The notes under the pieces are model-generated. The model made no database searches. It worked only from the letters and a program-made list of their open reading frames with translations, and was not told the DNA's origin. The translations under genes were made by a program, and so were the position numbers. From Macrostomum lignano (lineage: Eukaryota), in assembly GCA_002269645.1 (NCBI GenBank), contig NIVC01000201.1, positions 682,001 through 746,000 on the forward strand: a stretch of DNA of 64,000 nt. Direction: 5' to 3'. Of the stretch, positions 1 to 11,690 are shown one piece after another; position 1 is the first letter of the stretch, and every line of letters starts with the position of its first letter.

Positions 1-37
1 CAGCAGGCTGTGTTATTCACATCTCTTTCCACCCACC

Positions 38-222
38 CTCTGCCCGTACACGCTCAGTGTACAGGGCTGCGTCAGCATCGGGGTTAAAACTTCTCGCTCC
101 CTATGCTTCAACAGTATAACAACCTAGTGGCTGGTTCTCTGTCCGCCCCACCCCTCTCTGCCCGTACACTCTCACTGTACAGGGCTGCGTCAGCGTTAGG
201 GTTGAAACTTCTCGCTCCCTAT
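38..222. repeat. Two diverged copies of a 67-bp structured motif (38-104, 156-222)
   Basis: CTCTGCCCGTACAC.CTCA.TGTACAGGGCTGCGTCAGC....GGGTT.AAACTTCTCGCTCCCTAT occurs twice; each copy holds a GCCC-GTACA...TGTAC-A-GGGC hairpin. Confidence 0.8.
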
Positions 223-286
223 ACCCCACAACCGTGTAGTGTCCTAGTATGGGCGCGACCTGGGTTCGATTTCGCTAGTTGAGATG

Positions 287-657
287 TAGGTGAGAGAGGG
301 GAAGAGGCCCGTATCGATGACTACATATCGGTGTACACACATATCGGTAGAGTGTACACTCGGGGTGCCTGCGGCATGGGCGCCTGCTGCATGGGCGCCT
401 GCGGCTCGGGAGGGTGCGCTTGGGATCTGATTGATTTGGGATCTGATTGATTTATTGGGATCTAATATCGGTAGGTGCGCCTGCGGCTGGGGAGGGTCGC
501 CTGCGGCGCTTGGCGCCTGCGGCGCGCGCGCGCGCCGAGCGCCGATATCGATACGGGTATCGATCACCTAGTGATCGGGGCGCCAGCCAATGAGAGGCGC
601 GGAGGGTTGACACCCACCTCACCTCCAAAATCGAGCCATTCGGAATCCCTTAGTAGT
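287..657. repeat. 371-bp direct repeat, copy 1 (probable transposon end)
   Basis: Apparently identical to 1635-2005; starts TAGGTGAGAGAGGG and contains internal short repeats (GGGCGCCTGC, TTGGGATCTGATTGA) and palindromes. Confidence 0.9.
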
Positions 658-955
658 GGGGTGCCCACCAAGAGACAGGGGTGCCCACCAAGAGACAGGG
701 GCGCCCACCAAGAGACAGAGGCGCCCACCAAGAGACAGAGGCGCTCACCAAGAGACATGGGATCCCACCAAGAGACAGGGGCGCCCACCAAGAGGCAGGG
801 GATTCTACAAAGAGACTGGGGCACTCACCAAGAGCCGGGGGGACTACCATGAGACAGGGACACTCACCAAGCGACAGGAGCGCCCACCAAGAGACAGGGG
901 CTCGCACGAAGAGACAGGGGGCGCCAAACAGGGGTGCCCACCAAGAGACAGTGGC
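658..955. repeat. ~20-bp minisatellite (GCGCCCACCAAGAGACAGGG)n
   Basis: Visible tandem units; an inverted counterpart lies at 2006-2165. Confidence 0.9.
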
Positions 956-1211
956 GCTCATTCAGTAAGCAAGCATTGGCGCTCATTCAGTAAGCAAGCA
1001 TTGGCGCGCTACCCACTTAAAATTAATGTAAAATTTTAGAGTCGCATAGATTTAGTGCTCTGCTTGAAAAGTGCACTGCTTAGCTGCCATCACTTATCGC
1101 CCACTTTAGTCTATGTCAAAACCCGCCTTATTATCAAGTAGCAGAGCGGAAACAGCAGTGGCAGATTTAAACAGCCAGGACTCTCAGTAGCAGAAGCCAA
1201 GCAAAGAAAGC

Positions 1212-1637
1212 ATGCTAAAGCGATTCCGCTCTCTTCTCGGCGGTCAGTCAAAGCCGCTGGGATTTCTGGTTGTCCAGCCGGTCGGCAACAACAGCTCCAC
1301 GGACGGGCAGCAGCAGCAGCACGTTGTCCGAGTTCCATCGCCCAACGATCCCGAAGACTACGAAGTTCGACTTTCATTTGACCTGGCCGAGTGCAAGCTG
1401 CAGCCGCTGAATGTGGTCGGCCTGGCCGAGGAGGACAACACCCAGCTGCTCATCTACCTGATGCCCCAGCGCCAGGCTAGCGACGGCAGCGACGACCAGC
1501 CGGCGCCGCAGAAGGTGTACGAGGCGCCGGCGCACAATCCCGAGGAGCCTCTGGCCTACGAAGTCGGGCGCGAGTACCTGCTGTGCCTGCGGCACCCGTC
1601 CAGCAGCAAGCCCGTGGCGCTGCTGTCTGTGCTCTAG
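1212..1637 (+). CDS. Uncharacterised 141-aa protein, possibly truncated by the repeat insertion
   Basis: GC-rich ORF with the same GC3-rich codon style as recognisable genes in the window; no family recognised; its stop TAG is the first 3 nt of repeat copy 2. Confidence 0.6.
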   Translation: MLKRFRSLLGGQSKPLGFLVVQPVGNNSSTDGQQQQHVVRVPSPNDPEDYEVRLSFDLAECKLQPLNVVGLAEEDNTQLLIYLMPQRQASDGSDDQPAPQKVYEAPAHNPEEPLAYEVGREYLLCLRHPSSSKPVALLSVL

Positions 1638-2005
1638 GTGAGAGAGGGGAAGAGGCCCGTATCGATGACTACATATCGGTGTACACACATATCGGTAGAG
1701 TGTACACTCGGGGTGCCTGCGGCATGGGCGCCTGCTGCATGGGCGCCTGCGGCTCGGGAGGGTGCGCTTGGGATCTGATTGATTTGGGATCTGATTGATT
1801 TATTGGGATCTAATATCGGTAGGTGCGCCTGCGGCTGGGGAGGGTCGCCTGCGGCGCTTGGCGCCTGCGGCGCGCGCGCGCGCCGAGCGCCGATATCGAT
1901 ACGGGTATCGATCACCTAGTGATCGGGGCGCCAGCCAATGAGAGGCGCGGAGGGTTGACACCCACCTCACCTCCAAAATCGAGCCATTCGGAATCCCTTA
2001 GTAGT
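1635..2005. repeat. 371-bp direct repeat, copy 2
   Basis: Apparently identical to 287-657. Confidence 0.9.
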
Positions 2006-2165
2006 CACCCCTGTTTGGCGCCCCCTGTCTCTTCGTGCGAGCCCCCGTCTCTTGGTGAGCGCCCCAGTCTCTTGGTGAGCGCCCCAGTCTCTTGGTGAGC
2101 GCCCCTGTCTCTTGGTGAGCGCCCCTGTCTCTTGGTGAGCGCCCCTGTCTCTTGGTGAGCGCCCA
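2006..2165. repeat. Inverted copy of the ~20-bp minisatellite (CTGTCTCTTGGTGAGCGCCC)n
   Basis: 2006-2045 is the reverse complement of ~897-936, including the variant unit CTCGCACGAAGAGACAGGGGGCGCCAAACAGGGGTG. Confidence 0.85.
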
Positions 2166-3614
2166 AGTTCGCGTCTTAAGTTCGAGACTTGTACCATGAC
2201 TTGTCAAATAGATTAAAAGACACAGCAAGTTGTTTTAGAATACAGAATTATTTCCTATAGGGTTTCTAGGGCTTCGGACTGGTGATCATTCACTCGGCTA
2301 GCGACCCCTCACTCAAGTAAGGGCTTGTGTGAGAGATTAGGCGGTCAGAAGGAGGTTGAAATGCCAGCGTTACTTCCGCAGATCACATGAAGCCAGAATG
2401 CGCTTGATTGAAGGTGGTTTCAAGACTTTGATGTTTAGAAAAAATGCACGACTGGAGAAGGCTGGCTGCCGACCATTTTATTTCATAAAATTCTTTGTCT
2501 GCATCAGTTCCAGCTCTTACCCCCCCCCCCAGCCGTATTGCTTCATGAGCCTGCAAATATCAGCTTGTTGAGAATTCACTGAGCTTTCATGCAGCTTTCC
2601 CAGTTCAGCTCAAAGACAGCTCTGATGACAGATGAAGCAGTGAGTCCTTAATCTAAGCAAAAATATTGTTTCCGTGACTAGATAATAGAACAAGAAGTAC
2701 TCCTGACCAGGTGATCAGGTTTGGCAGCCAATTGTTGCATCTGGTGTGATGTCTCGTTTCTCGAGAATTCAGCCAAAACAGAGTACGCACCACTTAGGGC
2801 GACAACCCCACGCTTATATTTCACATCCAACCATGAATTATTACGCGATCGATTGATTTGGCAACAAGAAAAGGTTTTAATTATTTGCATAACATTTACT
2901 TGACGCCTACTTACAGTAGAGTAGTAAGAAAAAAATCCCTTTATGTTATTTAGTAAAACGGCCCTTTTAAGGGCTCTTTGTCACGACACAACATCTGGGT
3001 CGGTGTGCAGCTTACACAGACGAGTCGCAACTCCTGCCCGAGATGTCCGGCACTGGACCGCTCGCTCACGCTGGCTTCCTTCAGATTTGGAGCAAGCTGA
3101 TACAGCTGCGTACTAACCAGCGTCGAATCTGCTTAACTTGCTGCGCCGGCTGGGTTAGTGGCCACAAAAGTACATACGACATAAACGTATGTTTTCTGGG
3201 TTTTAAATATACGAGCAACTGGCATCTAGATTGTCTTTGCCTTCTGAAATATCATGACTTTTGAGCACTGTATCGCTAGGTGCTTTTAGACAGAGGCTAA
3301 CATTCCCAGCATGAAGCAGGCACCTTAGTGTCATTTTCAAGAGTGTATTAAGCCTCATTAAGGAGGCTAATTACGACCGAAGGGGGTTGATACTGGGGTT
3401 CAGAAAACAATTTTGGATATCGAATTTCGAAAAAAAATTGCTATAAAATTTTACATCTTTGGTCCTTCGAAAAATGCCAAATACCTCTAAAACGGCCCTT
3501 TTATGGGAAGCAAACAATCTAATTACGCAAGAGTGATTAAAATCCCAGGGAATTTATTGAATGATATTTGGATTTTGTTTAAATGCATTTATTTTTCTCT
3601 GCATTTGATACCCA

Positions 3615-4032
3615 ATTCAAGTATTGGTTTTTGCATGCTGAGTGAGACATTTTTCAAGCAATCTGAGACTGAATAGCAAAAACACTATTGTCTATGGCCA
3701 CCCCTCGCTGCAGCCCAGCTTTTTGGGATCGCCTTGCAAGCAAAGTGAGAATTTTTTTAAAGCTAAGTGAGAACCATATTGAAAGCAAAGGGGTGGTTTT
3801 ACGAAATTAAAAGGGGTGGTTGCTTGTTAGACGCAGTTGATTTGCCATAGCCCAGCCTTTGTTTTCAATATGGTTCTCACTTAGCTTTAAAAAATTTCTC
3901 ACTTTGCTTGCAAGGCGATCCCAAAAAGTTGGGCTGCAGCGAGGGGTGGCCATAGACAATAGTGTTTTTGCTATTCAGTCTCAGATTGCTTGAAAAATGT
4001 CTCACTTAGCATGCAAAAACCAATACTTGAAT
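3615..4032. repeat. Fold-back inverted repeat (arms ~3615-3791 and ~3856-4032)
   Basis: Arms are near-perfect reverse complements over ~177 bp with a ~64-bp spacer. Confidence 0.9.
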
Positions 4033-4265
4033 GTATAACATTTTCGTTTTTTGCAAATATAACAGCAAAGGAGACGAACAGCAGCCAGGCAAATTTCTAT
4101 GGCCGAAGCAGCGCGAGAGGTGGGGAAAGCGACCCCAACCCCGAAAAAGGAGGAGGCAGGACAGAACAGGGGGATAAAAGCAAGGAGGCAGTCAAGGTAG
4201 CAAAGCCAGGCCACGAACGCCGAGGAAAAAACGCCAAAGGGCCAATAAAACGAGCGAGTGAGCAG

Positions 4266-5270
4266 TCAAGAGGCCAGGCAGGCGAAAACTCGCCCAGCTG
4301 CCGCCCGACGGCGGGCAAATGACGCCTCATCAGAGAAATACCGAAAGACGCAGTCTGAACGCCAGTCGCCCATGCAACGGATGTCGGCGATTGAGAGGCC
4401 TGATTGAAAGGCAGCTCTGGCCCCGCCTCTACGCAGACAGTGACCAGAGAAGCCGCACTCGCCAAAGCCTCACAGAGACATGCCCCGCTCTAGGAGCCGG
4501 ATGAACATAGCGGCAGAAAGGTGAGTCCAGCCGCGGCTTCCTAGGACAGAAAACAGGGGCTGCTGCGACGCATACATTTGATTCTCGCGCAGATATGTTG
4601 CTAGTGCGGAAGCGGGGCAGATAAGCAGGCATTCGGAGGTCTGCGGTAGAAAAACTTCCAGTTGCCGCTCTTCAAATTGGTTTGTCTTCGACCTGTTGAG
4701 CACCAGCCGCAGGCCGCCGGGGCACACTGATAGGCAGCTTCGGGGAAGAGCGTCCGCAGCGGTGGATGGTAAGAGCTCGCCGAGCCTAAGGACTCCCCAC
4801 CAGGCCACCAGCAATGCTGCCTTGAAGGCGCCAGCAGACGGGGCGGCAGCGAATGACGTACATGTAGCTCGGTGGAGGCTGGGTTTCAGCGGCGTCGCAC
4901 GCCGAGGCTGCCGGCTCAGAAGACGCCGGGCTCCGCGACACACGAGAGCCAAGCGGGCGCTGTCCATAGTCGGGTCCGGCGGCGCAGAAGCCCTATGTAG
5001 AAAAGACACCGCGCTCAGGCTTGACTGTACACGAGAGTAGGACGCCGGTCAACGTTGTAAAAGGACCGCGACGAATTGGCAGACATCAGACTCGGAGGCG
5101 GCGGTCGCGGGGATTTGACGCTGCCGGCAGAATTCGTTCCAGACTTGTAAGTGGCTCGCATAGTACTTCCTGGAACTAGGTGCTAGTGACAGGCGGCACA
5201 GAGCGGACACGGACACGGTGGAGCGGAGCGGAGCGGAGCGCGGCTGCGACCTGTGAATGAAGAGCGGTGC
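4266..5270 (-). pseudogene. Tyrosine recombinase (YR) of the retrotransposon
   Basis: One frame with premature TGA at 5049-5051 and 4470-4472; N-terminal SLAPSSRKYY..W..FC; catalytic motifs GVLRLGEL (R), RSKTNQF (K), GHCLRRGGA (HxxR), GDW, FRY (Y); ends at TGA 4266-4268. Confidence 0.9.
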
Positions 5271-5339
5271 GAGACACGGCAGAAATGGTGTGGGAAGCAA
5301 ATTCGAAAGGGTAAATGCATAAAGAGCCGTAAAGACGGC

Positions 5340-6612
5340 AGCAAAAATTTATGAGCTCTCTGCTCGAGCCCCCCATTCTAGAAGCGGAGTCGCTCAGCAG
5401 CTGCATCTCGCCAGGTAGGTGGAACGCCTGGAGCTGAATTCCCGATGTGGGGCACACGAGAGCAACGGTCTGATAGATGCGGATGAGCAGAGGATGCCGA
5501 CAGGACAGCTTGTTGACCATGCCGACGGCAGCAGTGCTGTCCGAGTAAATCACCAACGCGGCTGTTCCTAAGCTGCTCAACGAAGCGCAGGATAGTAAGC
5601 AGCGGACCCAGCGCCTCCTTGTGGTTGATGTGGAGGTCGCGGAACTTGCTCTCGAAGTCCTTCTCCCAGCTAAAGTACGTCCAGTCATTGAATTCGCTGC
5701 CAAAGACGATGCCAGCAGCACCCTCGCAACGGCTATCAGATTCGATTGCCACAAGTTGACGAAAACGAGGGCGAATGACCGTCGGCGGCAGAGAGCCCAC
5801 GACATGCCGCCACCAGATGAAGAGGTAGCGAAGCTCAGATGGCGGCCGGATGTCCGTTATGTTGCTGATGATGTCGAAGAGCGGGCGCAGAAAAGGACGC
5901 AAAAGCCTGTTGATCTGGCTGAGCCAGCACAACTTTCGGGCAGTTTTTCGAGCTGCTTCAGTTTAACAACGTCACGTGACAGGCAATCGTTCAGCAGTTT
6001 CCGAATGTCGTCTTTCTTGTTGATTGGAAGCTACAGGGTGCCATTCACAGTGTCGACCAGCACACCGAGGAACACAACCTGTTGAGCTGGAGCCACGGTC
6101 TTCTGCAAGTTGATGTCGAAGCCTAAGTTCTGCAGCAGATTCATCAGATAATTGAAGGCCTCCTGAGCCGCTTCTTCAGTATCACCGGCGACTGCCCAGT
6201 CGTCAGAGTAGTTGACGGTAGCTGTGAAGCCAACGCTGAGCATGTGGCGCTTGATGCAGGGCGATAAGCGATGGAAAATTTCACATGACGCTCGAGCACC
6301 AAAGGGCAACCGGGTGTCAACGAGCACCGAGTCTTCGCAGTCGGTGGCGAACCGCCAACTGAGGCCTGTGAGCGCCTGGTCGTCTGGGTGAATACCGACG
6401 GAACGATAGGCCTGCTTGAGGTCGATTTTGCCGATAAACGAGCTGGTGCTAAGATGCAGGCTAAGGTCTTGGACAGAGGCGAAGCGCAGCCCCTTTTCCT
6501 GCTCATAGTTGTCGTTGACAGAGGACCCCGAAGATCTAGAAAGGTCATGAATGACCCGGACACTGCCGTCAGATTTTTAAATCGCCCCGATGGCGTTCAC
6601 CATGACAGGGCC
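5340..6612 (-). pseudogene. Reverse transcriptase / RNase H of the retrotransposon
   Basis: RVIHDLS, KIDLKQAYRSV, RLPFGARAS, NYSDDW (YxDD), FLGVLVDT; RNase H motifs SDSRCEG, HINHKE, YSDSTAAV, LSDSASR; split by stops and frameshifts. Confidence 0.9.
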
Positions 6613-6619
6613 GTTGGCA

Positions 6620-7480
6620 AGCTGCGGCGGTAGTCGTTAAGGTGTCGGTGGTACAGCTGTGGAGGCTCGCAGCCCCATCGATGCGAATCCGAGTCTGAGA
6701 TCAACTTTCTGTAATCCTCATCGAATTCCCACACGACACTTGGACTGTAGTTGGAGTCTAAGAGCTCGCCGATCTTCTGTGTGTACTCCAGATAGCCTTA
6801 TAATTCGTCAACATTGACAGATCCGTCCTCATTCATGTGAATCAGCGACCCATCATCAACTAGGCGAAGCAAAATCTTAGAGTTCCCTGCAATCCACTGG
6901 CCGACAGAGATTTTCCCCAAGCTGGGTGGCTGCTTCTTGAACACCAGGTTGCCGTTCTCCATGCAGGCTGTGAGGCTCTCATTAGGTTGATTTGAACTGA
7001 GCTTGACAAAATCGCGAATCAGATAAGCCCGGCTAGGCTTTTTGTCACACTGGCTTCTGCCGGGATCTGTAAGAGCGCCGCCTAACAAAAATGCCTCATA
7101 CAAGCCAGCATTCTCTCTCCGCTCACCTTGTTGTGGAGGTTCCTGCGACCTGTGATTCTGCGCCTGGTTGAGCTCGCTTTGCAGTTGTGCGCGGCGCCGA
7201 GTCAGGGCTTCAATCTCCAGCTGCTCGACCTCCTTCCTCAGAGCCGCCACGTCGCTCGCCGCGCTCCCTAAAGCTCCGTGTTCACCCGTCGAATGACCAC
7301 CGTCGATGGTGTCTGAGTTGAGGCTTGCGTCGTCACTTTTTGGTGCAGCTGAACCCGCACTCAGGTGTTTGTGTAGACGCTCATAGAGCTGTTGTTTGCG
7401 ACCAGCGACCAGCTTGAGAGAGGCCTCGCTGAGCTAGATCTTGTTTGAGCTGTTTGGTTGTAAAATCGCCGTGCGCTTTC
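6620..7480 (-). pseudogene. ORF1 (gag-like) with N-terminal SAP domain
   Basis: FTTKQLKQDLAQRGLSQAGR-KQQLYERL after removing a 7-bp duplication; downstream KISVGQWIAGNSKIL and YLEYTQKIGELL...FDEDYRK...RWG motifs resemble DIRS/Ngaro ORF1. Confidence 0.75.
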
Positions 7481-9225
7481 CATGACGGTAAAAAAATTGA
7501 GCTGCAAAGCCAGAGCGAGCGACGTGGCACAGAGGGCGGCGTGCAGATAAATAAGCGGGTGAGCAAATCCCCCACCCCACGGAGGGGTAGAGAGGACGGC
7601 GCACAAAGGCGGCACAAAGTACAGCGCGAGGAGGGGTGGATGGCTAACACCCATTTCACTCCAGGCTCACCCCCTAAGAGAAATGGAGGCAGTAGAAAAT
7701 TTTCAAAAATTGAAAAATGCGACGCATATTGATTTTATTGATTTTTTTTCAACTTTAGACGGCTCCATCTCTGCGTCTCTGCGTCTGCGTACAGCCGCTT
7801 CGGTATTGTCCTGAGCGGCGGCAGGGGCTGACTGGGAGGCACCGGGGGTTCCGATGTTGCAAATGTCCGGCTGGGCCGCGGTACCAACCTTGGTTGGTGC
7901 TCCAACAGTCTCGGGCGTATCGGAGGTGAAAGAATACTCCATGAGTCGCTGAAAGGCGAATGGGGACTAGAGGTGAGAAGCTGCTGGGCCGTAACCCCAA
8001 ACCCAACAGCCAGCCAAAAGATAGCGACCGGGGGGTGGCTTAAGCCCTTACCGGCCCGACCGCCAGCAACCGAGAAACTCCCCGGCTAAAAGCCCGCCTT
8101 GGAGAAACCAGAGTCCGAACCAAAGGACCATCAGCGCGGCACTACACTGGGCCCTTGAGGGGGACAAGAGGCTGTCCCCGGAGCCTGCAGACTGGCCGCA
8201 TACCCTGTTAAGGTCAGAGGGTGATACCTGTTCCTCAGAGCCGTGGCCAGAGGTACCTGATACGCACAGGTTCACTTCCGGGCGGAGCCCGTACCCAACA
8301 CGGCCAAGACCGAGGTCAAGGCTACGGGTGGGTTTGCCGCCGCCGGAGCCCAGTCAGTCCAGCAGCCCTAGGGCTGCCTTGAACACTTGCGGGACGTGAA
8401 CCCATAGGTCGGCTTGTGAGTCAGCTTGGAGAGAGTTCTCCTGCCATTCCTGCATCAGAATAGAGGGAGTGCAGGTGTGTAGGATCGCAGACCTTAGCTC
8501 ATAAGCCTGGTCTGTCTCATGCTGCACAGGCGTGCTGAACCCACCATAGCATGCGCAGCAGTAGCACATATAGCAACATGCTTGATGTCATTTTGTAGCA
8601 AACATTCAGCTGTATAAATTTAAGTTGAAACCAGAAAAAGTTAGAGGGCCCCAACTAAGGCATTTCCAGCTGCTAACAGGGCGTCACCGACAGCCTGCAG
8701 TTTCACTTTTACACTGTTCAATATCCGCTTTACAATCGTATCTTGCTACTCGATAGTAGGCGATTTCCTGGGACTCAGAGTATTGATGGATGCTTGACAG
8801 TTGATTGACTTCATTCGGGACACAGTTAGGCAGGTGCTATAAGAGTATGCTCATGATCGGAATATGCAAATTAGCCTGTTGGCTCTGCATGGTTAAGTTT
8901 TGTCAAGACAGTTGTGAAATCATATTGCATTGCAGTAATAACATGTTTAACACCGAATTTATTTGTTTTTTTGCTTTTTAAATTCAGATTCTGCTTCACA
9001 GTGGCTACAATCAATTTTAGTTGCCACGAAGAAGTGGAAAATCCACCTGGACAATTTTCAGAAATAAAGTAGAAAAAATGTGAAGAGCGGCAGAAGACTG
9101 TGCTAAAAACAAAAAGCTCTTTTGCTTAAATTAGCAGTATGCGAGCTAAACTTGTTGTTCTCTGCTTGTCTGCAGGATTTTGATTCACCTATGCAGTCAT
9201 TCAGCTTCTTGGTGTCTTTCTGGTA

Positions 9226-9997
9226 TCACTTCTTCACCCAGACCCACTGGGCCTCGCTGGCGATGTCGCTGGGCACGGCGGCGAATCTCATGAGCCGGCA
9301 ACTCCGGCTGGACTGCACGAAGGCGCAGGCGAGGCAGTCCGGGCTGCGCTGGCAGACGGCCGCGCACTCGATGACGCTTCCAGCCGTAACGCTGCGGTAA
9401 ACGATGGAGCTGGCGGAGGCTGTGATGCTCGGCATGGAGGCAACGGGAACTTTCGTTAGTTTCGGTCCAACTGTAATTTAGGAAGGAGTTTAAAAGGTTT
9501 TTTAAATCGTTAGGATAAAAACTGTCTTAACTTATTGAGAGAATCACGAAATTCTTGGCGCAGAACCCACCCGGTGGGTACAGAGACTCATAGATGGAGT
9601 TCCTCGAGTCGCCGCCGCACTCCTGAGACGTGTTCCCTGTGCAAGGGTAGATGCAGTCGGCGGCAGCAGCGACGCCTTTCGAGCCGTAGGTCGAGCCGCA
9701 GCAACAGAAAATGCGGCTCTGGGTACCGAAGTAGCGAAAGCGGCCGTAGGAGCAGATTTCTCTGCACATCTCCAGCGTCAGAGATGCTTCTAGGATGAAG
9801 GCCGGGTTGCCTGGGTCATATGAATAGGGTCCCAAAGTAGTGACCCCTTCCAGACCGACCAGGTCCCTGTCACCGTTGCCTCCGTCAACGTAGCAACCAA
9901 GGTACTCATGGCCCAGCGGCTGCGGAGGCAGCAGCACCGCTGAACAAAGGTAGCCCTGCACCAGCAGCTGCAGGAGGGCCTGGTCGGTGCGGAACAT
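9226..9997 (-). CDS. Secreted WSC-domain + PAN/Apple-like protein, 223 aa, 2 exons (9997-9571, 9470-9226)
   Basis: Hydrophobic N-terminus; WSC motifs YLGCYVD, LTLEMCREIC, CCCGS, CTGNTSQECGG; phase-1 intron G|GTGGGT...TTACAG|TT joins in frame to SVIECAAVCQRSPDCLACAFVQSSRSCRL (PAN-like). Confidence 0.85.
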
Positions 9998-11203
9998 TGG
10001 CTCAGCGACGGGTTGCGACGAATAACGGAATGCTGAGTCCGAATCAGTCTGGTAATTTCAAGTTCTCTGCAGACTCTTTATAACGGCCGGTGTCCGCCCC
10101 ACCCCAATTGCTGCTTTGCCCCGGCTCAGGGACTTCTTGATAGAGCATCTGGATTGGAAGCTCCCCACCCCAAACATTTCATGGGGGAGCAAAACCGATA
10201 GCCAGTCAAATCAAGGCAATCGCCCAGCCTAGTAAGTCAGTTATGCTAGATGAAGCGAAGGCTCAAAGCTCATAAAAAATGAATGCGCTCTGAAGGGTCA
10301 TCCCACATCATTGTCTTAAGCCAACTTTGCCCGAAAAGGACCAAGGGATCCTGAAGGAAGAAACATTCTGTCTTATACAAGGTCTACAGGACGTCATGCG
10401 GGACGTGGACGCTCCATTGTGGTTTAATTGGACCCAGGGGTTGGCATGAAATGTAGCGGATATTATAAACTATTATTCTCAGTTGCTACGGAACTTTGCC
10501 AACCCATTCAGGAGAAAAGTCCATCACAAGAGCTGCGTGAGTTTCTCAAATGCAATCTCATATTTCTGGTTGGGCTCAGCTGATTCAACGCAGATCAACC
10601 ATATGTGTGACGCATCTTCTGAGCTTGCTGTATTTTCATACTCTCATGTTCCAATCGCAATTCCTTTTGGCTGACTGTAGGCTGCGCTGAAACGATGAAT
10701 GTCAAATGTCAGAGAGCTGTACCAGCGGATGCGCCGGAACTGTAAACCTGCTGTTTGTTTACTCAAATGAATATAACCCACTGTGAGCTCACACGTCAGC
10801 TGGGAGTTCAGACAGACACACGATACCTAAAAAAGCCAGCGTCAGCAACTTCCGAAGTTCGGAGTCAAAGAGAACATTGTGAATTTCGCTTGAGCTTGAA
10901 TCCGGCCAGGCATTTATCTAAGGAGAAATATCTACTCAGTTGAGTAGCATATCCTAGTAGTTCTGCAGAATTCGCATACAACAGGTTCAGTGTAGAATGT
11001 AGATGAAGGAATGATACACCGTGCCAAAGGCTGGGCAACATGTTATAATGACAAAATCAAATTATTACCTGTAGTTACCTCAAATTTGCACTGGGCAATG
11101 CATTCAGCTGGGCTTATGTAGCTCGTACTTCATCGGTTTCTCTTTCTGTAAAGCAGGGATCGGCAAACTCTTTGAAGTGGCGTCGTTTTAAGAGCCAGAT
11201 ATA

Positions 11204-11427
11204 CACCTTTTCACGTTCAATTTTGAACAAAGTCCAGTTCTAAAAAAACTAGCGGAAATTCAATTCAGACAATTCAGACTGGGGCAAAAAACCCCAGTTC
11301 AAAACATTATGCAACCGAAGCAAGTTTTAGCCATAGACAAAATTGTCCCCAGTCTGAATTGTCTGAATTGAATTTCCGCTAGTTTTTTTAGAACTGGACT
11401 TTGTTCAAAATTGAACGTGAAAAGGTG
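11204..11427. mobile_element. MITE-like element with ~85-bp TIRs and TA flanks
   Basis: TA|CACCTTTTCACGTTCAATTTTG...CAAAATTGAACGTGAAAAGGTG|TA. Confidence 0.8.
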
Positions 11428-11449
11428 TACAATCTAACACAGGACTGCG

Positions 11450-11690
11450 GGACAGAGGGAGGAGAGGAGGGTAAAGAGAAGGAATAGATGAGAAAAAGGG
11501 AGAAGAGAGAAGAGAGAAGAGAGAAGACAAGGGAGATGAGAGAGAAGAAAGGAGCTGAGGGGAGAGGGGAGAGAGGGACAGAGGGGAGAGAGAGGAGAGA
11601 GAGGAGAGAAGGGAGACTAGAGAAAAGGGGAGAGAGGGGAGAGGAGGGGAGAGAAGGGAGGAGAAAAAGGAAAAGAAAGCTGATAAGAGG
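11450..11690. repeat. GA-rich low-complexity tract
   Basis: Polypurine GAGA/GGAGA run; overlapping ORFs are artefacts. Confidence 0.9.

Larger units (their letters stand above)
4266..7480 (-). mobile_element. Degenerate DIRS-order (Ngaro-like) tyrosine-recombinase retrotransposon; ends not defined
   Basis: Minus-strand order ORF1(gag-like) - RT - RNase H - YR, typical of DIRS/Ngaro; several stops and frameshifts, plus an internal deletion near 6620. Confidence 0.9.

Noticed and set aside
5326-5338. GCCGTAAAGACGG, resembling the 5' hairpin of the Macrostomum spliced leader as I recall it
   Set aside because: The match stops after 13 nt, with no leader 3' end, AUG|GT donor or Sm site; it lies antisense within the RT/RNase H tail. 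Probably chance, and the SL sequence is from memory.
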